From Longimicrobiales bacterium (GTDB lineage Bacteria > Gemmatimonadota > Gemmatimonadetes > Longimicrobiales > Gaopeijiaceae), in assembly GCA_965197725.1 (NCBI GenBank), contig CBDANQ010000007.1, positions 1 to 44,916 on the forward strand: a stretch of 44,916 bases of DNA, written 5' to 3'. Under the pieces are notes generated by a model. The model had not been told where the DNA came from. It did not search any database and saw nothing but the letters and a program-made list of their open reading frames with translations. Shown here one piece after another: positions 1-10,235 of this stretch (within the stretch, counting starts at the first letter, position 1; each line of letters starts with the position of its first letter). Both the position numbers and the translations under genes were made by a program.

Positions 1-101
1 CTCAGGATCGATTCGACTTCGTTAAGAGCGGGTATGATGACGGTCAGACCACCATCGCTCCGGCCCAGAGCCCCAGCGCGCGTCAGGTCGGACTCCTGCA
101 T
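1..101 (-). CDS. Glycosyltransferase family 2, N-terminal part (runs off window start)
   Basis: Manual translation from ATG at 101: MQESDLTRAGALGRSDGGLTVIIPALNEVESIL. IIPALNE is the typical GT2 first strand. The ATG overlaps the upstream stop (TGATG). Confidence 0.75.
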   Translation of the reverse strand, partial: MQESDLTRAGALGRSDGGLTVIIPALNEVESIL

Positions 102-775
102 CAGCTCGTCTCGGTGTCCGAGATCGAAGGTTTCCACATTGAGTACAGTCGGTTCAGCCCGAATTGGGTCCAGAACCTGATGACCCTCAGGTCGGCAAAA
201 CCCGCCTTTGTCAGCCTGTCTAGGATTTCCCGATCACGAAGGTAGTAGTCTTCCTCGTCCTCCATGCCGCGCTCCCCGTCCACGTCGTAGCGCGTCCCCA
301 AGAGGCGATCGTAGGCGGCTACGACCTTGTGCACGAGGACCTCGGCCAGCGGGTTGCCCATGGTCACCATGACGTTGCCCCCCGGCCGGAGGCAACGGTA
401 CGCCTCCGCGAGTTCCACATCCCGCAGCGGCTCCGGTACGTGATTGAGGTTGGCGATGAAGGTGACCGAATCGAACCGACCGTCCTCGAACGGAAATCTC
501 GAGAGGTCCCGGAGGACCTGATGCTTCCGGAGCCCGTCTTAAGGGAAGACGTCGATGCCGACGCCGTTTCCGCCGAGGTGCTCGGTCACGAAACGGTTGT
601 GCCTTCCACATCCGACGTCGAGGCAATAGCCCTGCACCTCTCTCCTTACATAGTCGAAGCGCTCGGTGGCAAGCGAGCTCAAACCCCACCGGTCGTCGTG
701 GAAGAGAGTCACGGCTCGCACGGGGAACGACACGAAGTCCTTCAGCTTTTGCATGCCCGTTCGAGGTGCCCGCAC
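101..775 (-). pseudogene. Class I SAM-dependent methyltransferase with an in-frame TAA at 539-541
   Basis: ORFs 539..775 (LDVGCG motif I) and 101..418 (RCLRPGG) share a frame. Reading through the stop gives VFP*DGLRKHQVLRDLSRFPFEDGRFDSVTFIANLNHVP, a continuous methyltransferase. Confidence 0.8.
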
Positions 776-1048
776 GTCCCTAGTCCGTGTCCAAGGTGAG
801 CGAGAAACAGGTGTGTCCAGCTGTATTCTTAGTTTCGGGGCGGGGGATAGGTCAATTGATTGTGGCTCGTGGGACGCGTCAGTGACCTACTCCGCCCGCT
901 GTGCGGCTAGAGCCACACCGCCGAGCAACGCGATCACCGCAGCCAGCGTGCCCGGGTCGGTCGGTTCATCGACGCGCCCCTCACGTCGCGCACGAACCGC
1001 CCGAGTCGTACCATGACAACGGGCCGGGCCTTCGGATCATTCTGGCCA

Positions 1049-1083
1049 GTATACGTATGATCGTGACAGGTTCATACGTATAC
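1049..1083. promoter_or_regulatory. Perfect 12-bp inverted repeat, candidate operator
   Basis: GTATACGTATGA-N11-TCATACGTATAC; AT-rich and located in the divergent intergenic region upstream of the DUF72 gene. Confidence 0.5.
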
Positions 1084-1172
1084 CGATCGCTGGGCTCCAC
1101 GCCTAACATTTCCCGCTTATATGTCTCTGGCGTGACTACACGTCGCCAATGGTTGCAAGAAGATTGGGGCCT

Positions 1173-2186
1173 ATGGATCCACAGCTCGGCCTCTTCCCGG
1201 ACGAAGCGCCGCGGTTGGCGGCGGCGCCGGTCGCAGCCGTCGAGCACTCCGCCCGACAGTCTGAGATCGCGAACAAGCTGCCGGTCGAGTTGCGCCTAGG
1301 CACGTCGTCTTGGAGCTTTCCGGGCTGGGAGGGCATCGTCTATGACCGGCGGGTGTCCCAGCAGACGCTTTCCAGTCACGGCCTCACGCCGTACGCGCAG
1401 CACCCGCTCCTGCGCACCGTCGGTGTCGATCGAACGTTCTATCGCCCGATCGCTTGCGACGCGTTCCGCGCCTACGCGGACGCGGTGCCGGCGGACTTTA
1501 GGTTCCTCGTGAAGGCGGATCGCTTGCTCACCTCGCCAACCGACCCGGAAGGATATGGCGTTCGAGGGCCCAACCCTCGCTTCCTGGACCCCCGGTACGC
1601 GGCGAACGAGGTGATCGGGCCGATGATCGATGGGCTCGGGAGCAAGGCGGGTCCCCTGCTCTTTCAGTTCCCACCAATCCCTCCCAACCTAGTGGGGGGA
1701 CGCGGCCCCTTCATCGAACGGCTGCACGGGTTCCTCGACGCGCTGCCGAAGGGTCCGCTGTACGCGATCGAGCTGCGTACGGCGGCGTTTCTCACCGATT
1801 CGTATTCGAAGGCGCTTCTCGCCACCGGCGTGGCGCACTGTTATTCGGTGCACCCCGCGATGGCTTCGCTCGAGCGGCAACTGAACTCGGTGCAGGCGTA
1901 TCAACAACCGGCCCTCGTCATGCGCTGGATGTTGCACTCGGGCCTGCGCTACGAGGTCGCGAAAGAACGCTACGAACCCTTCGACGACATCGTGGATGAG
2001 GACGCGGAGACCCGAGAGCGGATCGCGATCGCCGCTTTGGACGCATCAATCGCCGAGAAAAGCGTGTTCGTGATCGCCAACAACAAAGCGGAGGGCTCGG
2101 CGCCCCTCTCCATCTTCCGACTCGCGGAGCGCATCGCTGAGTGGGATGCCCGCGGCTCCGACCTCCCAGCGACGCATGCTCCGTAG
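1173..2186 (+). CDS. DUF72 domain protein (YecE-like)
   Basis: GTSSWSFPGWEG, TFYRP, FRFLVKA, LFQFPP and C-terminal NN motifs. Start placed at MDPQ (1173); the ORF track starts at 1149. Confidence 0.85.
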   Translation: MDPQLGLFPDEAPRLAAAPVAAVEHSARQSEIANKLPVELRLGTSSWSFPGWEGIVYDRRVSQQTLSSHGLTPYAQHPLLRTVGVDRTFYRPIACDAFRAYADAVPADFRFLVKADRLLTSPTDPEGYGVRGPNPRFLDPRYAANEVIGPMIDGLGSKAGPLLFQFPPIPPNLVGGRGPFIERLHGFLDALPKGPLYAIELRTAAFLTDSYSKALLATGVAHCYSVHPAMASLERQLNSVQAYQQPALVMRWMLHSGLRYEVAKERYEPFDDIVDEDAETRERIAIAALDASIAEKSVFVIANNKAEGSAPLSIFRLAERIAEWDARGSDLPATHAP

Positions 2187-2379
2187 CCCACCCCCGGCGC
2201 CTACCGATCCTCTCGACCTGATCCTCGAAATACCGTCGACTCACGAGTCCGTCCCAGATCACCACCATGGGTGCTCGTCCTCGGCTCAACTTGCGTGGGG
2301 GATTGCGACCCACAAGAGTACATCTTGGCAGGGATCCGATTCCGACGACTCGGTTCATGTCTCTGGCTGGAGGAACCAC

Positions 2380-2598
2380 ATGAAGAGACTCACGATCCTC
2401 ACCATCGCCCTACTCGCTGGTGGTGCTTGCGGAAGCGGTTCCGGCGACACGCAGGCCGCTGCTGATACGCTCACACGGGCGCAGAAGGACCGCATCATCG
2501 GGAACCTGCCGGTTCCTGGAGCGAGCGGCGTGAGGGGTGCTCTGTCAGCCGTGGAGCAAGCGAAAGCCCGCGCGGAGCAGCACGACACGATAGGTTGA
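2380..2598 (+). CDS. Small putative lipoprotein
   Basis: GGAGG RBS before ATG 2380; MKRLTILTIALLAGGAC signal peptide ending in a lipobox-like Cys. Confidence 0.7.
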   Translation: MKRLTILTIALLAGGACGSGSGDTQAAADTLTRAQKDRIIGNLPVPGASGVRGALSAVEQAKARAEQHDTIG

Positions 2599-2678
2599 GC
2601 CCGACGGATGGTTCGGCTGGGCGATCGGCCCGATGTGTTGTAGCTTGGTAGCCAATCCAGAACATCTACAACGCACGC

Positions 2679-4073
2679 ATGAAGCTTACGCCGAAAGACA
2701 CCGTCGGCCTGCTCCTCGTCGCCGGCACATTCGGCGCGCTGTACGTCCACATCGGTCTGGACGGTCACGCCTCCAAGCACCCGAGTTCGGCCGCCGACGG
2801 TGGAGGCTCCGTCACCACGGCGGTCGAGAGCAGCGCGGTGGCGTTCATGAACGTGAACGTCCTGCCGATGGATCGGGACCGGGTCCTCCGGAATCAGGTC
2901 GTGATCGTCGAGGGCGGCTTCGTTCAGAGTATCGGCCCAGCCGGGCAAATGAAGCCTCCGCCCGGCGCGCTCATCATCCCGGGCGACGGCAGCAGGTATC
3001 TGGTGCCCGGACTCACCGACGCGCACGTGCACTTGGAAGGGGACGCGGAGCAGTGGCTCAAGCTCTTCGTCGCGAACGGCGTCACGACGGTCTTCAATCT
3101 GGAGGGCGAGCGACGCCACCTCCAGCTCCGTGACCTGATCCGCTCCGAAGACGTGCTGGGCCCGACTCTGTACACGTCTGGTCCCTTCACCAACGAGCCG
3201 AGGGTAGAAACGCCGCAGCAGGCCGAAGATGAGGTACGGGAGCAGGCCCGGCTCGGGTACGACTTCGTGAAGATTCACGGCAACCTCTCCGCGGACGCGT
3301 ACCAGAAGCTCGTCGAGGTCGGCTCGGAGGAAGGGATCCCGATCGTCGGACACGCCCCGCGAAACCTGTCGCTGCGAGAGGTGCTCGAGAGCGGTCAAGC
3401 GTCCATTGTGCACGCCGAAGAGCTGATCTATGCGAGGTTCCCTACCCTCGATCCGTCGGACCTCGAGCGCGTTGCATCGGAGATCGCGGCAGCGCGCACG
3501 TGGGTAACGCCTACGGTTACGACCTTCGGCAACAACGAGACGCAGTGGGGCACACGCGCGGGGCTCCAGACGAGACTCGACTCCCGAGCCGTGGACTACG
3601 TCCCGCAATCCTTGAGGGACCGATGGGCGGGCCCGAACCCCTATACGGACAAGGATTCCTCAGAGCGCCCCCGGATCCGCGCGATGTTCGACTTCCACCA
3701 GCCGATGCTTCGCGCGCTCGGCCGCGCGGGCGTCCCGATGCTCGCGGGCACAGACGCTGGCACGCCGGTCATGGTTCCAGGTTTCTCTCTTCATGACGAG
3801 ATCGACGCGTTGGCCAGAGCCGGCTTGACGAGCTTCGACGCGCTCGAAGCCGCGACGAGCAACGCGGGCCGTTTCGTGCGTGAGTTCGTGGACGAGAATG
3901 CGAGCTTCGGCACCGTGACGCGCAACGCGAGAGCAGACTTGATTCTGCTCGACGGGAACCCCTTGCTGGATCTCTCGCGACTTCGGCGGCCCGTGGGCGT
4001 GATGCTTCGCGGCCAATGGTACGACCGCGATGCGCTGGACCGGATGCTGGGAGAGGCGACCGGCAACCGCTAG
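2679..4073 (+). CDS. Amidohydrolase family protein, membrane-anchored or exported
   Basis: PGLTDAHVH metal motif, K, GH, H and GTD motifs, ADLILLDGNP C-terminus, N-terminal hydrophobic helix. Confidence 0.9.
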   Translation: MKLTPKDTVGLLLVAGTFGALYVHIGLDGHASKHPSSAADGGGSVTTAVESSAVAFMNVNVLPMDRDRVLRNQVVIVEGGFVQSIGPAGQMKPPPGALIIPGDGSRYLVPGLTDAHVHLEGDAEQWLKLFVANGVTTVFNLEGERRHLQLRDLIRSEDVLGPTLYTSGPFTNEPRVETPQQAEDEVREQARLGYDFVKIHGNLSADAYQKLVEVGSEEGIPIVGHAPRNLSLREVLESGQASIVHAEELIYARFPTLDPSDLERVASEIAAARTWVTPTVTTFGNNETQWGTRAGLQTRLDSRAVDYVPQSLRDRWAGPNPYTDKDSSERPRIRAMFDFHQPMLRALGRAGVPMLAGTDAGTPVMVPGFSLHDEIDALARAGLTSFDALEAATSNAGRFVREFVDENASFGTVTRNARADLILLDGNPLLDLSRLRRPVGVMLRGQWYDRDALDRMLGEATGNR

Positions 4074-4128
4074 TTGCAACAACTTGATGCGTCGGATCCA
4101 CCTTCCTATCGCCATGGAAGACAGCTCG

Positions 4129-4629
4129 ATGAAGCTCTTGAGACCGGTCCTACTGACCTGCACGCTCATTGCCGCGGCGTGTGGCGGTACAGAAACCGCC
4201 GAGTCCGCGGAAGCGCTCCCGCTTCTCGCCGAAGCATCTTCGGACCTCCCCTCCGTGCTCGTCTACAAGACGCCGACGTGCGGATGCTGCAACGGGTGGA
4301 TCGAGCATCTGAGAGCGGCCGGCTTCACGGTCGATGCGCGCAATACGACCGACCTCATGACGATCAAGATCGACGCCGGGGTACCGACGGCGATGTCGTC
4401 CTGCCACACGGCACTCGCGGACGGGTATGTGGTCGAGGGGCACGTGCCGGCCGAGCAGCTGAAGCGACTGCTCAACGAGCGCCCGGATCTCGTCGGTGTC
4501 GCGGTCTCGGGCATGCCGGCCGGATCGCCCGGCATGGAGAGTCGCAACCCGCAGCCGTATCAGGTTCTCTCTTTCGACAGCCAAGGCAACGCCGCCGTCT
4601 TTGCGGAGATCGATCCTGGCAGCCCGTGA
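4129..4629 (+). CDS. DUF411 metal-binding lipoprotein
   Basis: YKTPTCGCC, SCHTA, YVVEGHVP and GMPAGSPGME motifs; AAAC lipobox. Confidence 0.85.
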   Translation: MKLLRPVLLTCTLIAAACGGTETAESAEALPLLAEASSDLPSVLVYKTPTCGCCNGWIEHLRAAGFTVDARNTTDLMTIKIDAGVPTAMSSCHTALADGYVVEGHVPAEQLKRLLNERPDLVGVAVSGMPAGSPGMESRNPQPYQVLSFDSQGNAAVFAEIDPGSP

Positions 4630-5714
4630 CTGAGGTTCCGCTGGCTGCCACTCGCAGCTTCGCTCCGCCGATTCTGGTCCTCGGCTGTGTGCTCGGCCTC
4701 TCGTCCCCGCAGCTCGACGCTCAAGAGCCGGTGGCGTGGGGGGACGAGTTGGTCTTCCACACCTTCTCGATCGTGGCGGTCGACCCGGCCACGGGCGAGT
4801 CCGGAGTGACGGTCACCACGCGGGTCCCTTGCGTGGGCAACGGCGTCCCGTGGGTACGAGCGGGTGTCGGGGCGGTCGCCACGCAGGCGTCCACCCGCAC
4901 GGCCTACGGCGACGAGCTCCTCGACATGCTCGAGCAGGGATTGAGCCCCCGGGAGGCGCTGGAGCGGGCGACGGCCGCAGACGAGCAAGCCGAGCGACGC
5001 CAGGTGGGGGTCATTGCCCTGAACGGTTCATCGGCACAACACACCGGTACGGGGCCTAGCTTCTGGGCAGGGCACCGGTCCGGCGTCAACTACGCGACAC
5101 AGGGTAACGTGCTCGCTGGACCGGATGTGCTGGCGGCGGTCGCCGCCACTTTCGAGGCGAGCGAAGGGTCGGGGCGCCACCTCGCCGACCGGCTCATCGA
5201 GGCGTTGGCGGCGGGCCAGGCTGTCGGGGGCGATCGCCGAGCGGGCCGCCTGCAGTCGGCCGCGGTTGTCGTCGCAGACCCAAGGGAGGGTCGCTCACGC
5301 CGGGCCGACGGGCTGACCGTGAACATCAACGTGTGCGAGAGCCCAACGCCGGTCGCCGAGCTGCGCCGGATCTACACGACCATCTCGGGTACGCTCGGAT
5401 TCCGCACGCTCGAGCAGCACTCGGGCAACGACGTTTGGCAGGTCAAGCTGATCATGAACGGGCTCGGCTTCTACCGGGGCGCGACGGAATCGCTCGAACA
5501 GACCGGCGGCTGGCGGTTCTACGATGACGAGATCGTTGCCGCTGTGGACGCTTTTCGGGCCGAACAGGGTCTGTCTACGTCGAACTCGGGTGGAAGCCCT
5601 CCCGGACTCGTCGACGCCCGAACGGTCGAGGCGATGTGGGCGGCACTCGAAGAGGCCGGGAAGGCTGTCGAGATCCGAGCAATCATTAGGGAGCTCACCG
5701 CGGTTCGTCGGTAG
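4626..5714 (+). CDS. DUF1028 (Ntn-hydrolase-like) protein with C-terminal peptidoglycan-binding-like domain
   Basis: HTFSIVAVDPATGESGV, GAVATQA, QGNVLAG and GGDRR motifs; GTGA overlap with the upstream stop; signal peptide. Confidence 0.85.
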   Translation: MTEVPLAATRSFAPPILVLGCVLGLSSPQLDAQEPVAWGDELVFHTFSIVAVDPATGESGVTVTTRVPCVGNGVPWVRAGVGAVATQASTRTAYGDELLDMLEQGLSPREALERATAADEQAERRQVGVIALNGSSAQHTGTGPSFWAGHRSGVNYATQGNVLAGPDVLAAVAATFEASEGSGRHLADRLIEALAAGQAVGGDRRAGRLQSAAVVVADPREGRSRRADGLTVNINVCESPTPVAELRRIYTTISGTLGFRTLEQHSGNDVWQVKLIMNGLGFYRGATESLEQTGGWRFYDDEIVAAVDAFRAEQGLSTSNSGGSPPGLVDARTVEAMWAALEEAGKAVEIRAIIRELTAVRR

Positions 5715-5731
5715 GACTCGCTCGGCCGCAC

Positions 5732-7141
5732 ATGAGCGATTTCATCGAGCAGCCTCTGGCTCGGATCGCCGAGGCGCTCCTGAAACGAGAGATCTCTAGC
5801 GCGGAGCTCGTGGATGACGCCCTCTCGCGACATGAGCGTCGGGGTGCCGGACTACACGCCTACAAGCACCTGGACGCGCAGGCCGCAAAGAGTGCGGCGC
5901 GCCTCGCGGATGACCTACTCGCGAGCGGGTCGGGTGGACCGCTCTGCGGCATCCCCGTGTCCGTCAAGGACCTCTACGGGGTTGAGGGTATGCCGACCTT
6001 CGCGGGCACCGCGCGCCGGCTGCCACCTTCGTGGGAGACCGACGCGTGGCTGGTCGCCCAGCTGCGCGGACAGGGCGCCGTTTTCGTGGGCAAGACCCAC
6101 ACCGTCGAGCTCGCGTACGGCGCAGTCGGCATCAACCCGCACTGGGGCACGCCCCGAAACCCCTGGGATGCACAAAACGCTCGCATCCCAGGAGGGTCGT
6201 CATGTGGAGCGGGCGTGAGCCTCTGGGAGGGCTCAGCCCTGGTCGCGCTCGGTAGCGACACAGGCGGCTCGATCCGCGTCCCCGCGTCCATGACCGGGAC
6301 GGTCGGCCACAAGCCTACGCACGACCGTTGGTCGGTGGCCGGGGTCGTGCCGCTGAGTACGTCACTCGACAGCGTCGGCGGACTGACGCGCACCGTAGAG
6401 GACAGCGTCTACTTCTTCGGCGCGATCGACCCCGCGTGGGGGGAGGCAAACGCACTGCTCCGACATCTCTCCACGTTGGCCCCCGCTGGCCTCCGCATTG
6501 CCGTGCCGAAATGCGACATCTGGGCCGATTGCCAGACCGATATCGCCGATGTCCTGGCACGTGCGCTCGACGACCTCGGCGCGCACGGATGGGATCACAG
6601 GGTCGTGGACGGCTCGCTGCTCGACGAAGCGCAGAGGCTGTACCTGACAGGTGGAATCGCCGGAGCGGAGTGCCTGGCTTTCCTGGAGCGAGACCTGCCG
6701 GGTTGGTTGGAGATCCTCCACCCGACGGTGGGCTCACGCTTCGCAGGCGCGCCCACGCACGACTCGGCGCGGTACACGACATCGATAGCCGAGCGCAAGC
6801 AGCTGATGGGCCGTGCGGAAACGCTCTTCGAGCGCGCCGATCTGCTCGTGCTGCCCACCGCGATCATCACACCCCCGCTCGTCTCGGCTTTGCACGACCT
6901 CGATCGGTACGTAGAGACGAACACCGCGGCGCTCCGCCCCACATGCGCCATCAGCATGCTCGGCTTGTGCGCGGTCACGCTTCCCGTGGGGCTCGACCGG
7001 GCCAATATGCCGGTGGGTTTGCAGTTGCTCGCACCGGCAGGTAAGGACGAGATGCTGCTGGGAGCTGCGCTCGCGGTCGAACGAGCGCTCGGGACCGCTG
7101 AGGGCCGGCTCGGACGGCCGCCCTACCTGGGCGCAGGCTGA
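5732..7141 (+). CDS. Amidase signature (GatA-like) family protein
   Basis: SVKD, GGSSCG and GSDTGGSIRVPAS Ser-cisSer-Lys signature. Confidence 0.9.
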   Translation: MSDFIEQPLARIAEALLKREISSAELVDDALSRHERRGAGLHAYKHLDAQAAKSAARLADDLLASGSGGPLCGIPVSVKDLYGVEGMPTFAGTARRLPPSWETDAWLVAQLRGQGAVFVGKTHTVELAYGAVGINPHWGTPRNPWDAQNARIPGGSSCGAGVSLWEGSALVALGSDTGGSIRVPASMTGTVGHKPTHDRWSVAGVVPLSTSLDSVGGLTRTVEDSVYFFGAIDPAWGEANALLRHLSTLAPAGLRIAVPKCDIWADCQTDIADVLARALDDLGAHGWDHRVVDGSLLDEAQRLYLTGGIAGAECLAFLERDLPGWLEILHPTVGSRFAGAPTHDSARYTTSIAERKQLMGRAETLFERADLLVLPTAIITPPLVSALHDLDRYVETNTAALRPTCAISMLGLCAVTLPVGLDRANMPVGLQLLAPAGKDEMLLGAALAVERALGTAEGRLGRPPYLGAG

Positions 7142-7232
7142 CGCTCTGGGATTGCTAGCCCAGGATCGGGCTCTTGGGTATCGTTGTAGGTTCTAGCAAA
7201 ACCGTCTGGGGACAGGGGAACACGCCCGCCTG

Positions 7233-8183
7233 ATGTCGACCACACACTCCAATTCGAACGAGTGGGCCTTGATCCTCGGAGGCTCGAGCGGATTCGGCCT
7301 TGCCACGGCGCACAAGCTCTCTCGGCACGGCTTCAACGTCTGCGTCGTGCATCGCGATCGCCGGGGCGCGATGAAGCGCATAGAGCCGGAATTCGAAGCG
7401 ATACGCGGAAGGGGCGCGTCATTGCTCACGTTCAACGCAGACGCGCTTGATGCGGACAAACGCGACGAGATCCTGGACGGTCTCGCGGAGTCGCTCGGAA
7501 CCGCTGGCAAAGTACGCGTGATGTTGCACTCGATCGCCTTCGGCAACCTCAAGCTGATAGGTCCGGAGGGCGCTTCCGGCAACGATGCGCGGGAGCGGTT
7601 GGCTGCCGCGATGCACGTCGACCCCCCGCAGCTGGCGGAGACCGTCGACGGACTCTTCGAGCAGGAGGTGTATGGCCTGCAAGGCATTAGCACCGCACCG
7701 CAATACTCCTCCGATGCGTTCCTCGATGAGGAAGACATGGCGCGCACCATCCACTCGATGGGCACGAGCTTGCTCGGCTGGACTCAACGGCTCCGCGAGC
7801 GCGGCATGTTCGCTGACGACGCGCGCGTGTTCGGGCTCACCAGCGAGGGCAACGCCGTTGCGTGGAAGGGGTACGCGGCGGTCGCCGCGGCCAAAGTCGC
7901 GCTGGAGTCCGTGTCCCGAGCCATCGCGGTAGAAATGGCGCACTTCGGGATACGGTCGAACATCATCCAAGCGGGCGTCACGGATACGCCCGCGCTGCGC
8001 ATGATCCCCGGAAGCGGGCATCTGAAGGCGCAGGCCTTGACGCGGAACCCATTCGGCCGACTCACCACACCCGAGGATGTCGCCAACGTGATCTATCTCC
8101 TGTCTCAGCCCGAGGCCGCGTGGATCAACGGTGAGATCATTCGCGTAGATGGCGGCGAAGCGATTTCGGGGCTGTCACGATGA
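7233..8183 (+). CDS. Enoyl-ACP reductase-like SDR (FabL/FabI type)
   Basis: GGSSGFG Rossmann motif, YAAVAAAK (Y-x6-K), first gene of the FAS cluster. Confidence 0.8.
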   Translation: MSTTHSNSNEWALILGGSSGFGLATAHKLSRHGFNVCVVHRDRRGAMKRIEPEFEAIRGRGASLLTFNADALDADKRDEILDGLAESLGTAGKVRVMLHSIAFGNLKLIGPEGASGNDARERLAAAMHVDPPQLAETVDGLFEQEVYGLQGISTAPQYSSDAFLDEEDMARTIHSMGTSLLGWTQRLRERGMFADDARVFGLTSEGNAVAWKGYAAVAAAKVALESVSRAIAVEMAHFGIRSNIIQAGVTDTPALRMIPGSGHLKAQALTRNPFGRLTTPEDVANVIYLLSQPEAAWINGEIIRVDGGEAISGLSR

Positions 8184-9175
8184 GCATGTACCTGCACGGG
8201 CTCGGGCACTTCCACCCCGAGAACGAGATCACCAACGAGTTCCTCACCGCTCTGGACATCGGCACCAACGCCCAGTGGATCGAGGAGCGCGTCGGCATCC
8301 AGTCGCGCCGCACCGTGATGTCGCTCGACTACATCAAAGAGACGCTCAACCGCGACTTCACGCAGGCCGCTGAGGCGTCCGACTACACGCACGCCGAGAC
8401 CGGCAGGCTCGCCTCGGAGATGGCGCTCCAGCGTGCGGGGCTCCGGGCGAGCGACATCGGCATGGTCATCGCCGGAGGCTGCAAACCGGACTTCATGTCT
8501 CCTGCCGACGCGTGCACAATCGCGGGGCGGCTCGGCATCGAAGCGCCGTCGTTCGACATCAACTCGGCATGCACGAGCTTCCACGTCGCGCTCTACACGC
8601 TAGCCATGATGAAGCCCGAAGCGCTTCCAGAGTTCGTGCTCGTGGTGACGCCGGAGACGGTGACGTGCTCGGTCGACTACTCGGAGCGCGCCGGAGCGGT
8701 GCTGTGGGGAGACGGTACGACAGCGGCGATCATCTCGACCAAGGTGCCTTCCCGCATCGAGATCCTCGGCAACTCGATCGAGTCGAGTCCGGCCGGGTGG
8801 GACAAGGTCACCATCGGGTCCGATGAGCATTTCCGCCAGGATGGCCGGACCGTCCAGATGTTCGCCATCAAGAAGACCGCGCGCGTGCTCAAGAGGCTAC
8901 AGCAGGAGTTTGCCGACCCCGGCCGGCGCCTCCACTTCGTGGGGCACCAGGCCAACCTGAGGATGCTCGACGCCGTATGCCAGCGATGCGAGATCTCCGA
9001 GCACCTCCACCACAGCAGTGTCGTGAACTTCGGCAATACGGGCGCGGCCGGCGCCCCGGGCGTGGTCTCGATGCGTTGGGACGAGTGGCAGCCAGGCGAC
9101 GACGTCGCCTTGGTTGGCGTCGGCTCGGGTCTCACCTGGTCGGGACATCTCTACCGGTTCGGGCAGGCTTCGTGA
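8180..9175 (+). CDS. 3-oxoacyl-ACP synthase III (FabH-like)
   Basis: NSACTSF (Cys), HQAN (His), GNTG (Asn) triad; GVGSGLTW; ATGA overlap. Confidence 0.85.
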   Translation: MSMYLHGLGHFHPENEITNEFLTALDIGTNAQWIEERVGIQSRRTVMSLDYIKETLNRDFTQAAEASDYTHAETGRLASEMALQRAGLRASDIGMVIAGGCKPDFMSPADACTIAGRLGIEAPSFDINSACTSFHVALYTLAMMKPEALPEFVLVVTPETVTCSVDYSERAGAVLWGDGTTAAIISTKVPSRIEILGNSIESSPAGWDKVTIGSDEHFRQDGRTVQMFAIKKTARVLKRLQQEFADPGRRLHFVGHQANLRMLDAVCQRCEISEHLHHSSVVNFGNTGAAGAPGVVSMRWDEWQPGDDVALVGVGSGLTWSGHLYRFGQAS

Positions 9176-9765
9176 CCTACGAGGACTTTCTGGCTCGGCC
9201 GAATCTCACGCAGGAAGAAGTTCTGGCCATGTCGTACGGACGTCTGATCGATGACCCGCCCGCGAACTTCAAGACCCGCCTCCCCGCCCCCCCTATGCTC
9301 ATGGTCGACCGCGTGGTCGAGATGACCGAGAACGGGCGCACAGGCAGTATCGTGGGCGAGAAAGACATCCGCCTAGACGACTGGTTCTTCCAGTGTCACT
9401 TCACCGCCGACCCCGTGCAGCCCGGCTGCCTCGGGGTCGACGCGGTATGGCAGCTCATCGGCCTCTACTGCGCATGGCGAGGAGCGATGGGTACGGGACG
9501 CGCGCTCGGCGCCGGCGAGATCGAGTTCTTCGGGCAGATCCGCCCACACGACAAGGTCGTGCGCTACGAGGTCGACATCGTCCGCTACCAGGCCCTACCG
9601 AAATCCGGCTCCGCGGTCGCCATCGGCGACGCACGCGTGATCGTGGACGGCGAGGAGATCTACACGATCAAGCGCGCCAAAGTCGGCGCCTTCCTCGACA
9701 TCGACTATCCCGACTATCCGTACCCGAGCGAGCGATCGCGCGGCGGCAAGATGGAAGCGGAATGA
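9172..9765 (+). CDS. fabA: 3-hydroxyacyl-ACP dehydratase/isomerase FabA
   Basis: LPAPPMLMVDR, WFFQCHF, PVQPGCLGVDAVWQLIG (His/Asp dyad), GRALG; GTG start overlaps the upstream stop. Confidence 0.9.
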   Translation: MTYEDFLARPNLTQEEVLAMSYGRLIDDPPANFKTRLPAPPMLMVDRVVEMTENGRTGSIVGEKDIRLDDWFFQCHFTADPVQPGCLGVDAVWQLIGLYCAWRGAMGTGRALGAGEIEFFGQIRPHDKVVRYEVDIVRYQALPKSGSAVAIGDARVIVDGEEIYTIKRAKVGAFLDIDYPDYPYPSERSRGGKMEAE

Positions 9766-10235
9766 GCGACGATTGCGCAGGGGTCGTACTCACGCCTCAG
9801 GAGGTACTCGAGCTACTCCCACAGAAAGACCCGTTCCTCTTCGTGGACGAGGTCCTGGAAGTCTCGGATGACCACATCGTCGCCAGCTTCACGTTCCGCC
9901 ATGATCACGACTTCTATCGTGGCCACTTCCCGGACCGCCCGCTGACCCCAGGCGTGATCCTGCTCGAGAGCCTCGCTCAGGTCGGCGTTGTCGGACTCGG
10001 CCTGTACCTGATCGCGCGGGATCAGGGCCGCGACGCGGTACTCAGCGCGTTGGCGCTCTTTACCGACGCCAACGTCGAGTTCATCGGTCTCGTGAGCCCG
10101 GGTGACCGCGTGACCATCCGCGCGACGAAGGTCTTCTTCCGCCGGGGAAAGATCCGCTCGGAAGCCGAAATGACGCTCGACGACGGCACCGTCGTCTGCT
10201 CAGGAACGATCTCTGGCATGGGAGTGCCCCGGTAG
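9762..10235 (+). CDS. FabZ-like 3-hydroxyacyl-ACP dehydratase
   Basis: LPQKDPFLFVD and GHFPDRPLTPGVILLESLAQ (His/Glu dyad); ATGA overlap. Confidence 0.85.
   Translation: MSDDCAGVVLTPQEVLELLPQKDPFLFVDEVLEVSDDHIVASFTFRHDHDFYRGHFPDRPLTPGVILLESLAQVGVVGLGLYLIARDQGRDAVLSALALFTDANVEFIGLVSPGDRVTIRATKVFFRRGKIRSEAEMTLDDGTVVCSGTISGMGVPR

Noticed and set aside
539..541. Stop-codon recoding in the methyltransferase
   Set aside because: The codon is TAA, not TGA or TAG, and other genes here end in TAA. A point mutation or error is simpler.
2355..3608. 417-aa minus-strand ORF and similar long antisense ORFs (10022..10972, 28228..29241, 30820..31698)
   Set aside because: Shadow ORFs opposite well-supported genes, as expected in high-GC DNA.
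4074..4625. N-terminal 184 aa of the 546-aa ORF
   Set aside because: It overlaps the DUF411 gene in another frame. The DUF1028 gene starts at the GTGA overlap at 4626.
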